64,000 nt of DNA from a virus. The notes beneath the pieces are model-generated. The model did not search any database. It was given only the letters and a program-made list of their open reading frames with translations, and was not told where the DNA came from. A program made the translations under genes and the position numbers. Of the stretch, positions 44,848 through 55,274 are shown one piece after another (position 1 is the first letter of the stretch; every line of letters starts with the position of its first letter). The stretch is from the IMG/VR virus record IMGVR_UViG_3300037234_000386, positions 1 through 64,000 of that record; one strand, 5' to 3'.

Positions 44848-46071
44848 ATGGCACTAAAAACAAAAGAATTTGAAAAAGACCCTGCTTTCCAAGCTTTATT
44901 GGAAATAGAAGGAGCTGATGTTGACGGTTTAAAAAAACAAGCTGGAATGGAAGTAGACACTCCTCCATCAGCAGATACAATTCCACCGGTGGAAAATACC
45001 GTTCCACCAGTAGACACTCCTCCACCAGCAGATACAATTCCACCAGCTGAGAGTCCTACAGATACGGTTCCACCAGTGGAAAAACCCAAGAATGACCAAC
45101 AGCCTCCAAATCAGGATGGCGCATTTCTGAAAGAGATTTTTGGAGATCGTTACAAAACGATAGAAGAGGCTAAGGATGCAAATATATCCGGTATTTTCGA
45201 TGAAGCTGAAACTTTGCGCAAAGACAATGCTGAATTGAAAACGAAACTTGAAGCGAAGCCCAAAACAAATTTCGCAAATGACGAAATGGCTTTATATAAC
45301 GAGTTTGTGAAAGAAACTGGACAGTCAAATTATGGTTTGTTTGAAAAGATTAACAGTACTGAACTTGCGACCATGGATCCTATGGAAGCTCTTGTGGCGA
45401 AGTACATTCTTGATAATCCAAACCAAGCAGGACAGGAAGATATGGTAAGAAAGTTTTTCGTAAAGAAATACGACATGGATCCTGACCATGATGAGGAAAC
45501 TTTAAGCCTCAACAAATTTAGCATGGAGGCAGATGGAGCCACCGCAAAGAAAAGCTTACAAGAGATTAAGGAAAAGTTAAAAATTCCTGAACCATCCAAA
45601 GAACCAGCTCAACCAAAGGTTAAAACACCCGAGGAAATAGCTACATTGGAAAAAGGATGGAATGATTTTGGAACTAAAGCTGCTACTCATTTATCAAAGC
45701 TTCAAATCCCAATTAAAGATGGCAAGGAGTCTCTTTTGGACTATGAAATTTCAGAATCCGAAAAGAAAGAGGTTGCTGATTATATTACCAATTTCGCAGC
45801 TAAGAACCAAATGGAACTTACAAAAGAAAATGCTGATATTTTAGGCAAAGATGCTTATCAGAAATTGATGATTAGAAAGCTACCAGAAATCGTGCATTCC
45901 GTTTTTGAGAAAGCACGAGAAATGACAGAAGCAGAAGTCCATAACTTGTATTCTAATCCATCACCATTAAACAACAAAGACACTCCTCCACCAACATCTG
46001 ACACAACACAGTCGGATTATGAGAAGAGGATAGCCGAAGCCGCAGAAAAAACAAAGGCGAAGCTAGGTTAA
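44848..46071 (+). CDS. putative scaffolding protein
   Basis: Acidic/Pro-rich N-terminus; between portal and capsid genes. Confidence 0.65.
   Translation: MALKTKEFEKDPAFQALLEIEGADVDGLKKQAGMEVDTPPSADTIPPVENTVPPVDTPPPADTIPPAESPTDTVPPVEKPKNDQQPPNQDGAFLKEIFGDRYKTIEEAKDANISGIFDEAETLRKDNAELKTKLEAKPKTNFANDEMALYNEFVKETGQSNYGLFEKINSTELATMDPMEALVAKYILDNPNQAGQEDMVRKFFVKKYDMDPDHDEETLSLNKFSMEADGATAKKSLQEIKEKLKIPEPSKEPAQPKVKTPEEIATLEKGWNDFGTKAATHLSKLQIPIKDGKESLLDYEISESEKKEVADYITNFAAKNQMELTKENADILGKDAYQKLMIRKLPEIVHSVFEKAREMTEAEVHNLYSNPSPLNNKDTPPPTSDTTQSDYEKRIAEAAEKTKAKLG
44952..45085 (+). repeat. in-frame tandem repeat (DTPP.ADTIPP)
   Basis: GTAGACACTCCTCCA-CAGCAGATACAATTCCACC repeated. Confidence 0.8.
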
Positions 46072-46122
46072 AAAACGAGTAAGAAAGAGGTGAATATATT
46101 GTTAAACTTAAAAAATTGAATT

Positions 46123-47499
46123 ATGAATCCAGATGCAGTCGCGCAGATATATGCCTCAGATATTGTTTCAGGCTTTGATATTTACAAGCCGCAAGTAATG
46201 AATGAACTTTTCTCCAGATATAACGATCAGGGTGCTAGTTATTTTCAGTTATTGAGATCACTAGGTTTTGAGTCGGAAGTCGCAGGAGATACCTATAAGC
46301 ACTATGAAGAAAATCGTATTCACGAAGTAATCATAGTAGATGCTATCGTTGCACAACCAGCTATTGGAGCTGATATTGTGTTTGTTATTGATGCAGATTC
46401 ACTAGATGCCAGTAATAACTTCTATTTAAGAGTATGGGATCAAATCCTGTTTAAAAATGAAGTTCCGGGATCAGTGATGGCTATTGACGTATCAACGCCA
46501 ACAGCACCGTCAGTTACGGTGCGATTAAATGACAGTACCGACCAATTTCCAGCATTAACAGAAGGAGAAGAGTTGGTTATCTTTTCTGGTGCCCATTCAG
46601 AAGGTTCAGATCAGCCTGATTCTGCTATTCGCGGAACATGGGAGTATGAGAATGATGCTCAAATAATCAAGGAATCAATTGGCTATACTGGTTCTGAAAT
46701 GGTTAATCAAGATTGGTTTGATGTTACCACATTGGGAACTAAAATCAAAGCTTACTATAATTTAGGACAGCAAGTAGATATTGATTATCGCACTTCTCTA
46801 AAAATAGACGGAGCGTTACTTTGGGGAAAGAGAACGGCAAATTCAGCCCTTATTGATCCAGTAACAGGAAGACCTATTAAAACTACAGAAGGTATTTTTC
46901 CTTACACAAGACGAGTTGGAAATGAACAAACATATGTTCCTGGTGCTTTTACTGTAAGTGAATTTGACGAAATGGACTTAACCTTAGACCGAGAGGGAGC
47001 AGGTAAATACATTTGTGGTTTATTGGGTATTAAATTACACCAAGACATTGAAAACACGCTTAAAACTTACTTTACAGATACAAATATTCAATTTGCTGCG
47101 AAAGCAACTAATGATGCTTTGTTCCATAAAGATGAGTCTTTAGCTGCCTCAGTAAACTTTAAGTATCTTACTAAAAGTGAACGTACTTTCTTATTTAAGC
47201 GCATGAATAACTTGAACAACCCTAAAACATATGGAGCGACAGGTTATACAGCAAATCAACTTGGTCTTTTTATGCCAATTAATAAGAAGAAAGATCCAGT
47301 AAGCGGAAACATGGTTCCATCTATCGGTACTCGTTACCGTGGATTAGGTGACTATAAGAGAAGAATGGAAGTTTGGGAAGTTGGTGGAGCTGGTACTGGT
47401 TTGAAAGTGAACGGCATTGATAAAAGAAACACTTATCAGCGTTGTCATGTAGGAGCTCATTTCAGAGGAGGAAACCAATTTGTTTTAATGGAGCCTTAG
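46123..47499 (+). CDS. major capsid protein
   Basis: 458 aa after scaffold, QIIKE, ALLWG, TEG motifs; followed by a terminator. Confidence 0.78.
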   Translation: MNPDAVAQIYASDIVSGFDIYKPQVMNELFSRYNDQGASYFQLLRSLGFESEVAGDTYKHYEENRIHEVIIVDAIVAQPAIGADIVFVIDADSLDASNNFYLRVWDQILFKNEVPGSVMAIDVSTPTAPSVTVRLNDSTDQFPALTEGEELVIFSGAHSEGSDQPDSAIRGTWEYENDAQIIKESIGYTGSEMVNQDWFDVTTLGTKIKAYYNLGQQVDIDYRTSLKIDGALLWGKRTANSALIDPVTGRPIKTTEGIFPYTRRVGNEQTYVPGAFTVSEFDEMDLTLDREGAGKYICGLLGIKLHQDIENTLKTYFTDTNIQFAAKATNDALFHKDESLAASVNFKYLTKSERTFLFKRMNNLNNPKTYGATGYTANQLGLFMPINKKKDPVSGNMVPSIGTRYRGLGDYKRRMEVWEVGGAGTGLKVNGIDKRNTYQRCHVGAHFRGGNQFVLMEP

Positions 47500-47509
47500 A
47501 GATATATTA

Positions 47510-47547
47510 AATAGAAGGGGTGAAAAAGTCCCTTCTATTATTTTTTT
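47510..47547 (+). terminator. intrinsic terminator after MCP
   Basis: AATAGAAGGG / CCCTTCTATT plus T run. Confidence 0.7.
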
Positions 47548-47566
47548 AATAATTAAATTTACAGCT

Positions 47567-48496
47567 ATGTTATACAAGAACGATGAACCTTACAAATTAT
47601 CAGCGGCAGAACATGGGAAACTTGCAAGAATGTTTCCAAAATTAAAAGGAACAGCTAGTAAAGCAGGAATGCCTCTTAAATTAGTTTATCCTAAAAGCAG
47701 GATAAAAGCGAGTAGGAGTGCGCACAACCTCAAACCAGACAAACCAGCTTCAATAGCATTTCCATTGGTAGCAACAAGAAGAACCGATACGGGAACAGAG
47801 CAGTGGAGATATGCTGATAACAGAGTACATGGTACGAATGGTTCGTTTGTATATTCGCCTGTGATGTTAACTTTTACGGGTAACAAAGTACTTGAACAAT
47901 CAGACATTGAATTAATTTACTGGTTAACCGAAATATGCCCATGGTTAGAGGGTGGTACGAATTGGAATGGAAGAACACCTAAATGCGTTATTGAAAATCT
48001 TATTGCTGAAGCAGATGTTAAAGCTGAAAAACAAAGAGTTTTAGCTGATTTAAAAGCATTGATTTATTCAGACGTAGTGGGATTGAAAGAAGATAAGTTA
48101 AGACTTGTATCTAAAGCTTATTTTATTCGCAACGTAGATGATATGTCATTAGCGCAAGTTCAATTATCATTAGAATTTGAGGTAATGAGAGACAAAACAA
48201 AAGGAATTGCAAATTTCCTTGAACTAGTTGATGCCGAACAGGTATTGATAGTAAAATCAAACATCCAAGTGGCTATTGACAATAGGATTATTTCTTTTGT
48301 TAAAAATCAGAATACATGGTCATGGGTTACTGAGCAGGGGAAGAAAAATGAAGAAATTGTAAAAACGATACCAACGGCAGAACCAAACGAAGCTTTATTT
48401 GATTACTATAATGGGAATCAGGCTTTTGCAGAGCAATTAACAGCAGCATTAAAGGCGGCTAAATTATATACTGGAAAAGACGAGAACGAAGAATAA
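47567..48496 (+). CDS. conserved post-capsid protein of crAss-like gene block
   Basis: Position and size. Confidence 0.55.
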   Translation: MLYKNDEPYKLSAAEHGKLARMFPKLKGTASKAGMPLKLVYPKSRIKASRSAHNLKPDKPASIAFPLVATRRTDTGTEQWRYADNRVHGTNGSFVYSPVMLTFTGNKVLEQSDIELIYWLTEICPWLEGGTNWNGRTPKCVIENLIAEADVKAEKQRVLADLKALIYSDVVGLKEDKLRLVSKAYFIRNVDDMSLAQVQLSLEFEVMRDKTKGIANFLELVDAEQVLIVKSNIQVAIDNRIISFVKNQNTWSWVTEQGKKNEEIVKTIPTAEPNEALFDYYNGNQAFAEQLTAALKAAKLYTGKDENEE

Positions 48497-48520
48497 AAAA
48501 GGCTTTGTGAAAATATATTT

Positions 48521-48555
48521 AACGTGCCGTATTTCTAGTAGGATACGGCACGTTT
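48521..48555 (+). terminator. hairpin/terminator
   Basis: AACGTGCCGTAT / ATACGGCACGTT. Confidence 0.6.
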
Positions 48556-48573
48556 GCTTAAAAAACTAAAGTT

Positions 48574-51500
48574 ATGGCAGATGCTATTTTAACATTTGAT
48601 TTAAACCAACAACCAAAGCGCATTATAGTTGAGGACAACCTTGATTATGGAGCACAGGGTTGGGATATTAATGATGTAGTTGCCGTAATTACATTTACAG
48701 GAACAGAAGGGGTAATTTATGAAAACACAGATTTCAACAGTCCAGATATAGTTCCTGCTACTAGTTTATTAATGACTACAGTAGTACCATTGCCATTAGA
48801 CCCATTAACCGATTATACAGAAGTATTAAAAGGAAATTATACGCTAAAAGTTACGTGGTACAATAGCGTACTGGATGAAGAATATGAGTTTTTAGACACC
48901 TATCAATATGATTTTGAATTACCTGTTATTGCAAACGTAGCAGTATCGGGGCCATATTCAGGAACACTTACCTCAACAGATACGACTGTTTATGGCAGCA
49001 ATGTATATCAGCTTACACGCGAACATAGAATAAAATACCCAACACAACTACCAGGACCACCAGCAGATATTGTTAGCTCAAATGCCGAAATAGTTGTCAC
49101 ACCAATATATACCAATAAGTGGACTATTGAAATAACCTCATCTGTAGAATATAGTAATCCAGATGAATTAAGGATTTTATGGGATGGTTATGGTGAGTTT
49201 TTCGAATGTGTATATGGTAGTTGTATTTCGGCAATGTACGATGCAATCAACACCATGCTAATAGGATATTACGAAGATTTAGCATGTCAATCATACAACC
49301 AAGAAGCTTATCAAAAAAGGCTTGTAATAGTCAACACAGCATGGCATTTATTAAATATAGCCTATATCGCAGGAGATGTTGATGAAGCCGATGCACAAAG
49401 CTATGTTATCCAAGAACAAGTAGAATGGACAGGTTCAGGAACATGTGATGGAACGACTTCTATATTGGTAATTCCATGTCCTCCTTATAGTGGTGGTGGT
49501 GGAAGTGGTGATTATGTCTTTGAAAATGGATTGACACAATCAGGATCACCAATTCCATTAGTTCATCTTGGAGGAACATTAATAGAAGCTACCACGATAG
49601 GAGTAGGTGCCTTTGATTTAATCGTTGCTGGAACAGGTGGTGGTAATGTAGTTTCAAATAGAGTTAGTGCAGCTACGGGTGTTACAAGCACTCATTCTGA
49701 CGGAACAAATGAAGGAAGAGTTTATGTTGCAGCAGATAAAGTTACCTTAGAACGTGCTGATTTAGGAACACCAGCAAATACAAGAGGATATGAAATAGTA
49801 GCTGCGGGTATTGTTGAAAAAGCGGATTATACAGCAGGATATGGAGCAAGAAATCTTGTTGCAAAAAGCTATGTAGATGATACATTTCTTTTAAAAGCAG
49901 CAGGTTCATTTCATGCTTATCCAGCAAAGGGGACTCCAATAGGAGCTGATATTGTGCTTATCGAGGATAGTGCAGATGGATATGCTAAAAAAGAAGTTTT
50001 ATTATCAAATTTAATAAGCGCATCAACATTTATATCATTAACAGATACTATTGACAATTATACAAATCAAGCAAACTTTGCATTAGTTGTAAACGCAACA
50101 GCAGATGCCGTTGCTTCATACGATTTAACACAAACATACATCCACACTACAACAGCAGGACAAATAAATGGATTAACAGGAAAAGCAACTCCCGTAGGTG
50201 CAGACGTTATATTGATTGAGGATAGTGAGGACTCTTTTAATAAAAAACAAATACCATTAAGTGCCATTCCAAGTGCTTCTCAAACTTATTTAGATTTAAC
50301 TGACACAGACAATGATTATACTGGTTTTGGTGGTTATTTATTGCAAGTAAAAGGAACAGAAGACGGAATCGAATTTGCAACTTCTTCAGGATGGGTTCCG
50401 GTAACGGGAGGTTCGTTTACGGGTGTTGTTTCTTTTGTAACATCAAACGACAGACCTATAATTTTAAAACAAACAGGAACGGGTGGAACACCGGGAATAC
50501 CGCAAGGAGGAAATAACTATATCTCTTTCCAAGATGGAGATGGTGATGAGCAGGGGTTCATGGGAATCGATAGTTCTGGAAATATTTATTTAAAAACATC
50601 AGTAACGGGTCAGAAGGTTTATGTAGACAATTCCTTATTTGTAAATGGAGATGGTGCTGTTACTGGTAGTTTAGCTGTTGGTAAAAGTACAGCAACCTCT
50701 GTATTAGATGTAGAAGGAGATGTGAAAATAATATATTCAGGAGCCAATCCCAGTTTATCTATAACTAACGATAGCGCAAGCGACACTCTATATTTGATAA
50801 AAACAACATCTCAAGGCACAGACAGATTTAACATTACTTCAAGTGGAATAGGGTTTTTAGAGAAACAATTAGGAATAGGTATAGAAACCTCTATAAGTAA
50901 ATTACACGTTTACCAAAATGACACTACAACAGATGCTACCACAGGAATAACAATAGAACAAGATGGCACAGGAGATGCTGCTCTACAATACTTATTAACA
51001 GGAGGACAAAGATGGGTTGTTGGGATTGATAATTCCGATGGAGATAAATACAAAATAGCTTCAAGCGCAGACTTGAATACTGATGCGAGAATAACAATTG
51101 ATCCTAGCAGTGGATATTTCGGTATTGGGAAAGACCCATCATCACAATTAGATGTCAATGGAGATGTTTCTATAAAAGGGAAAGGAATGTTAAAAACAGG
51201 AACTAGATCTGGAGATGTACATGTTTTTATTGGAGATTACGATGGATATGCATTTGATTCAATTGGTTTGTATGTAGATAATGAAGAGGCATTAACTTTA
51301 TACGGTGGACATAGAGCTGGATTTGGAATCATTGATCCTAATTACAACATACATGCTTATCAAGATACCAATGGGAGTGTATATGTAGCCGCTGAAAACA
51401 TAAGCACAGGAGGTTCTGCTTTGGCTGGAACAATATACAAGAACGCCACAAGCGAATTTAAATCATATATCGCAGGAGTAAACTACTCCATAGAATCTAG

Positions 51501-53145
51501 TTATGCCGACACCGTTGTAATAAGCACAGATGCTACAGGAGGAATAGTATTACAAGGCGATGAAATTAAAATGGAGAATACGGCTGGTGATATTGTTTTT
51601 AGAATGAAAGATGATAGTCTTGTTGTAGGTAGCGATTGGGCTAATTTAGGATATGACCTTGGTGTGGTAAAAAATTCTGGTACAGGAGCTACGTGGGCAG
51701 GTGTTCAAAACTTAGCAGGTAATGGCACAGCAAGACTAGAGGCTTCTGTCCAAGGAGCCGGTTATACTTGGTTAGAACACTATGGGTATGTTGGGGGTGA
51801 ACAACCATTTACGCTATTGTTTGGTTCTCATGATGTTCGCATATTTACCCAATCAAAAATCATGTTAGAAAACACTTTTAATAATCCTATAATAACCATA
51901 GAAAACGATTTATTAAAATTACAAGGAATACCAGAAGATGCGTTTACATTACCTGCATTAGTATGGGATTCGTCAACAGGGCAAGTAAGATGGAGAAATG
52001 TGGCAGCAGGAAGCGCAGGAGAGGCTAATACGGCATCAAACGTAGGTTCTGGAGCAGGATTAATTTACAAACAAAAAGTAGGAGTTAATTTAGAACTGAA
52101 AACATTATTAGCAGGAGCAGGAGTAACTATTACTAATAACACAAGCGATATTACAATAACAGCTGTTTCTAGTGCAGTAACGTGGGGGGACATTACAGGG
52201 AAACCCACAACAATAGCTGGATATGCGATAACCAATGCTTACACGAAGACAGAAACAGATGGTAGATATGTAAGAAAAGATGTTTATACTGAGGATAATT
52301 CCTTTTCAGGAGACTATTTGGTATGGAACTACAGTGGTTCTTCAAATGTTGATTATATAGCATACAACGATACATCAAACACTTTCTTTTTTAGTGCAGA
52401 TGCTTCTATCGGGAACACAATTGCAAACGCAAACGTACAGGCATCAAGTTTTGTAAAACAAGGAGGAACATCTTCACAGTTCTTAAAAGCAAATGGAACC
52501 GTTGATTCAAACACTTATCTGACTTCATATAGTGAGACTGACACATTATCAAGCGTGGTTGCTAGAGGAAATTCAACATCTTCAAGCATTTCAGTAGGAG
52601 CTATAACGGGAACTTCTTTTTTGAATTTAACTAGCAATGGTTCTTATGTTAATATGAGAAGTAGTGCTGGGGATATTAGATCGTTATTCATAGAAAATGG
52701 CGGAAGGCTTTTGTATAGCGGTGTGGTGGTTGCAATGTTTCCATCAACAATATCTGGAGGAAGTCCAAATTCTTCTGGTTCTACAACCCATACTCACGCT
52801 ATAAGTTTAACCCCTAATTATGTAATATTCCCATTTGATCTTGAAGCAATTTCAGGAACATACAATTGGGATGTTTTAGCGAAGCCAAATATTAGAGATG
52901 CGACAATTGGATCGGGTACTGTAACTATAAATGTGACAAGTACTGGAACTAGTGGAATGAGTGGAATGTGTCGATTTACAAGTGGTGCATCTGCAACAAC
53001 ATTAGTGTTAAAATACAACGGATTTACTACAGGAGTGTGGGTTGATGTGGGAGCTAAGTTAACTTTAGATCCGTCAACTAAATATTTTTTAACATTTGTA
53101 AATTCAGATGGAACTTATATTTTTAATTTAGCTAAATACGTATAA
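48574..53145 (+). CDS. large tail/head fibre protein
   Basis: 1523 aa, G/T/S-rich, repeated TPxGADxxLIEDS, GIG...P...LDV fibre repeats, WGDITGKPTT and SQFLKANG fibre motifs. Confidence 0.8.
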   Translation: MADAILTFDLNQQPKRIIVEDNLDYGAQGWDINDVVAVITFTGTEGVIYENTDFNSPDIVPATSLLMTTVVPLPLDPLTDYTEVLKGNYTLKVTWYNSVLDEEYEFLDTYQYDFELPVIANVAVSGPYSGTLTSTDTTVYGSNVYQLTREHRIKYPTQLPGPPADIVSSNAEIVVTPIYTNKWTIEITSSVEYSNPDELRILWDGYGEFFECVYGSCISAMYDAINTMLIGYYEDLACQSYNQEAYQKRLVIVNTAWHLLNIAYIAGDVDEADAQSYVIQEQVEWTGSGTCDGTTSILVIPCPPYSGGGGSGDYVFENGLTQSGSPIPLVHLGGTLIEATTIGVGAFDLIVAGTGGGNVVSNRVSAATGVTSTHSDGTNEGRVYVAADKVTLERADLGTPANTRGYEIVAAGIVEKADYTAGYGARNLVAKSYVDDTFLLKAAGSFHAYPAKGTPIGADIVLIEDSADGYAKKEVLLSNLISASTFISLTDTIDNYTNQANFALVVNATADAVASYDLTQTYIHTTTAGQINGLTGKATPVGADVILIEDSEDSFNKKQIPLSAIPSASQTYLDLTDTDNDYTGFGGYLLQVKGTEDGIEFATSSGWVPVTGGSFTGVVSFVTSNDRPIILKQTGTGGTPGIPQGGNNYISFQDGDGDEQGFMGIDSSGNIYLKTSVTGQKVYVDNSLFVNGDGAVTGSLAVGKSTATSVLDVEGDVKIIYSGANPSLSITNDSASDTLYLIKTTSQGTDRFNITSSGIGFLEKQLGIGIETSISKLHVYQNDTTTDATTGITIEQDGTGDAALQYLLTGGQRWVVGIDNSDGDKYKIASSADLNTDARITIDPSSGYFGIGKDPSSQLDVNGDVSIKGKGMLKTGTRSGDVHVFIGDYDGYAFDSIGLYVDNEEALTLYGGHRAGFGIIDPNYNIHAYQDTNGSVYVAAENISTGGSALAGTIYKNATSEFKSYIAGVNYSIESSYADTVVISTDATGGIVLQGDEIKMENTAGDIVFRMKDDSLVVGSDWANLGYDLGVVKNSGTGATWAGVQNLAGNGTARLEASVQGAGYTWLEHYGYVGGEQPFTLLFGSHDVRIFTQSKIMLENTFNNPIITIENDLLKLQGIPEDAFTLPALVWDSSTGQVRWRNVAAGSAGEANTASNVGSGAGLIYKQKVGVNLELKTLLAGAGVTITNNTSDITITAVSSAVTWGDITGKPTTIAGYAITNAYTKTETDGRYVRKDVYTEDNSFSGDYLVWNYSGSSNVDYIAYNDTSNTFFFSADASIGNTIANANVQASSFVKQGGTSSQFLKANGTVDSNTYLTSYSETDTLSSVVARGNSTSSSISVGAITGTSFLNLTSNGSYVNMRSSAGDIRSLFIENGGRLLYSGVVVAMFPSTISGGSPNSSGSTTHTHAISLTPNYVIFPFDLEAISGTYNWDVLAKPNIRDATIGSGTVTINVTSTGTSGMSGMCRFTSGASATTLVLKYNGFTTGVWVDVGAKLTLDPSTKYFLTFVNSDGTYIFNLAKYV

Positions 53146-53150
53146 CAATT

Positions 53151-53825
53151 ATGTTTATACCACTAGTACACGGACAGAATAGAAATGGTGCAAAAAAAGA
53201 GTATGGCTCTTTATATAATTGGTTTGTGGTAGAAAATGATTCATTAAATTTAATTACAGGATTGCACGTTCCAGATATTGACGAAACACATACTTTAGCA
53301 TCTTATTTAGGAGGAATTTCAATTGCTGGTGGTAAATTGAAAGAAATAGGATTTTATAATTGGCTAAGTCCAAATACAGGAGCAACTAATGAAGTTAACT
53401 TTACTGCGCTACCTGGAGGATTCAGATCTAAACATGGAACGTTTGAGGGGGTAGGAGAGGTTTTTAACTTTTGGACTACTACTAGAGAGCCGCTAATAGA
53501 ACTTGCTGATAATCGAAGAATTTACGATAATTCTGCTGAATTAGATTGGTGGGGTGATGAATTTGAGTTAGGATATAATATTAGATGTATGAGAGAATTA
53601 ACAGCAGGAGAGCAATCGTCATATTCAGATGGAGATATTGTAGAATATAAATTAGATTATGACGATAACTTTTACGCCATTATTAAAATAGGAACACAAG
53701 GATGGATTCATATGAATTTAAAAACAACCCATTATTTAAATGGTATTGCAATTCCAAATATAACAAATGATACGATATGGCAAAACATACGAGCACCAGC
53801 CAGATGCACATATAACAATGAGTAA
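53151..53825 (+). CDS. FISUMP/Fib_succ_major-domain protein, circularly permuted
   Basis: YGSLYNW, LHVP, AGGKLKE, NTGATNEVNFTALPGGFR, GYNIRC, then KIGTQGW...NLKTTHY. Confidence 0.85.
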   Translation: MFIPLVHGQNRNGAKKEYGSLYNWFVVENDSLNLITGLHVPDIDETHTLASYLGGISIAGGKLKEIGFYNWLSPNTGATNEVNFTALPGGFRSKHGTFEGVGEVFNFWTTTREPLIELADNRRIYDNSAELDWWGDEFELGYNIRCMRELTAGEQSSYSDGDIVEYKLDYDDNFYAIIKIGTQGWIHMNLKTTHYLNGIAIPNITNDTIWQNIRAPARCTYNNE

Positions 53826-53856
53826 GAAAACAATGTTTAACTTAACACATACAATA

Positions 53857-53943
53857 ATGAATAAATCACAGCCGATTAAACCGACAACACCAAAAACGAA
53901 GAAGACAACAACTAGTACTAAGCCAAAAACAAAAAAGAAGTAA
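53857..53943 (+). CDS. 28 aa Lys/Thr-rich micro-ORF
   Basis: MNKSQPIKPTTPKTKKTTTSTKPKTKKK; TAATG coupling to the next gene. Confidence 0.45.
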   Translation: MNKSQPIKPTTPKTKKTTTSTKPKTKKK

Positions 53944-54392
53944 TGGATAGGTTTAGTAAAATACTAAGGGTAATGCCTGTCGTTCTATTTATTATAGGGC
54001 GATGGGTATTTGATGCTTTTTCTCCTAGCATTAGTGATTTTGCTGAAATAACATTAATCAACAATTCTCCAATGATAACTAGCTGGCAAGTGTTTTATTA
54101 CATAACGCTAGATCTATCATGGTTACTTCACTTATTGAATTTGAGATTAAAAGAAAATGTGGATAACTACAAATCTTTTTACAGCATATTAGGATTGTCT
54201 TTTTTAATAGACATTTATTTTAATATTTCCAAAATAGGGATGGATTTTGATGAATATGTAGTCTCGATAACGAATTACGAACAAAATATTTTGACAGCAG
54301 GATTAATATGTGCTTTACTGTTAATTTTGCTAGTAAAAATATTAAGTCAATTAAAATCATTAACTTGGTTAAAAATAAAAAACCATGCCTAA
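53943..54392 (+). CDS. multi-pass membrane protein (holin candidate)
   Basis: About 4 hydrophobic segments. Confidence 0.5.
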   Translation: MDRFSKILRVMPVVLFIIGRWVFDAFSPSISDFAEITLINNSPMITSWQVFYYITLDLSWLLHLLNLRLKENVDNYKSFYSILGLSFLIDIYFNISKIGMDFDEYVVSITNYEQNILTAGLICALLLILLVKILSQLKSLTWLKIKNHA

Positions 54393-54714
54393 AACAGTCA
54401 TTGAAAAAATAATAATAGCAGTAGTCTCGCTGCTTATAGGCGCAGGATGCCTTTCTTTAGCGACAAACGCTATTAATGCAGCTTCAACAGATGATCTTAA
54501 AGATGCTGTCGTTAGTATGGAGGATTACACCAATACTGCCATGAAAAATCATGAAGAAAAAGAGTCTGTTAAATATGATAATATGGTAGAAAAACTTAAT
54601 ACTGTATATAACAGGCAAGAATGGATGTTTTTGAGAGAACTAAAAAAAGCCGACAAGGCTGCTTATATAAAGGAACTAGAGGAAATTGAACAGCGTAAAA
54701 TAAAGCGTAATTGA
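54385..54714 (+). CDS. single-TM coiled-coil protein (lysis-related candidate)
   Basis: N-terminal TM followed by helical domain. Confidence 0.5.
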   Translation: MPKTVIEKIIIAVVSLLIGAGCLSLATNAINAASTDDLKDAVVSMEDYTNTAMKNHEEKESVKYDNMVEKLNTVYNRQEWMFLRELKKADKAAYIKELEEIEQRKIKRN

Positions 54715-54765
54715 TTAATAGCTAATAATTTCATAACTTTATAAAAAATTAAATCACACAATACT

Positions 54766-55263
54766 ATGAAAAAGAAAGAGATATATGACTTTAGTAAAGG
54801 GCTAGACGAATCGGCATTTGAACACCCTAGTATTACTTACATAGTGAATGTAAACAAGCGTGAGGTAAAGGAGCGCATAGAAGACATGGAGAAGTGTGTT
54901 GAACCGGATGAGGAAATGAAAAAATTCACTGAGGAGAGAAGGGTTTTGGCTGAGAAACACGCTAAGAAAAATGAAGACGGTAGTTCTAAAACGATTAATA
55001 TAGAAGGACAACTTCCATATTACGACATAGAAGGGCAATTTGACACCAATAGCTCATATAGCAAAGAGTTTGTTAAATTGCAGAAGAAATACAAGGCTAC
55101 TACCGACAAACACGATGCTAAGGTAAAAGCTTTCAACGAGGTACTAATGGAAGAGGAATCTGATTTTAAACCAAAAATGTTATTGCTCAGTGTTTTGGTG
55201 AAACACGAAAAATGTCCTCAATCGGTAATGGATAAAATATTTTATATGATCGATCCATCTTAA
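54766..55263 (+). CDS. helical hypothetical protein (fibre-chaperone-like)
   Basis: Charged helical ORF. Confidence 0.55.
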   Translation: MKKKEIYDFSKGLDESAFEHPSITYIVNVNKREVKERIEDMEKCVEPDEEMKKFTEERRVLAEKHAKKNEDGSSKTINIEGQLPYYDIEGQFDTNSSYSKEFVKLQKKYKATTDKHDAKVKAFNEVLMEEESDFKPKMLLLSVLVKHEKCPQSVMDKIFYMIDPS

Positions 55264-55274
55264 AAATTATAATA

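Noticed and set aside
53151-53825. Complete diversity-generating retroelement
   Set aside because: A target-type domain is present, but no reverse transcriptase or template repeat is visible in this window.
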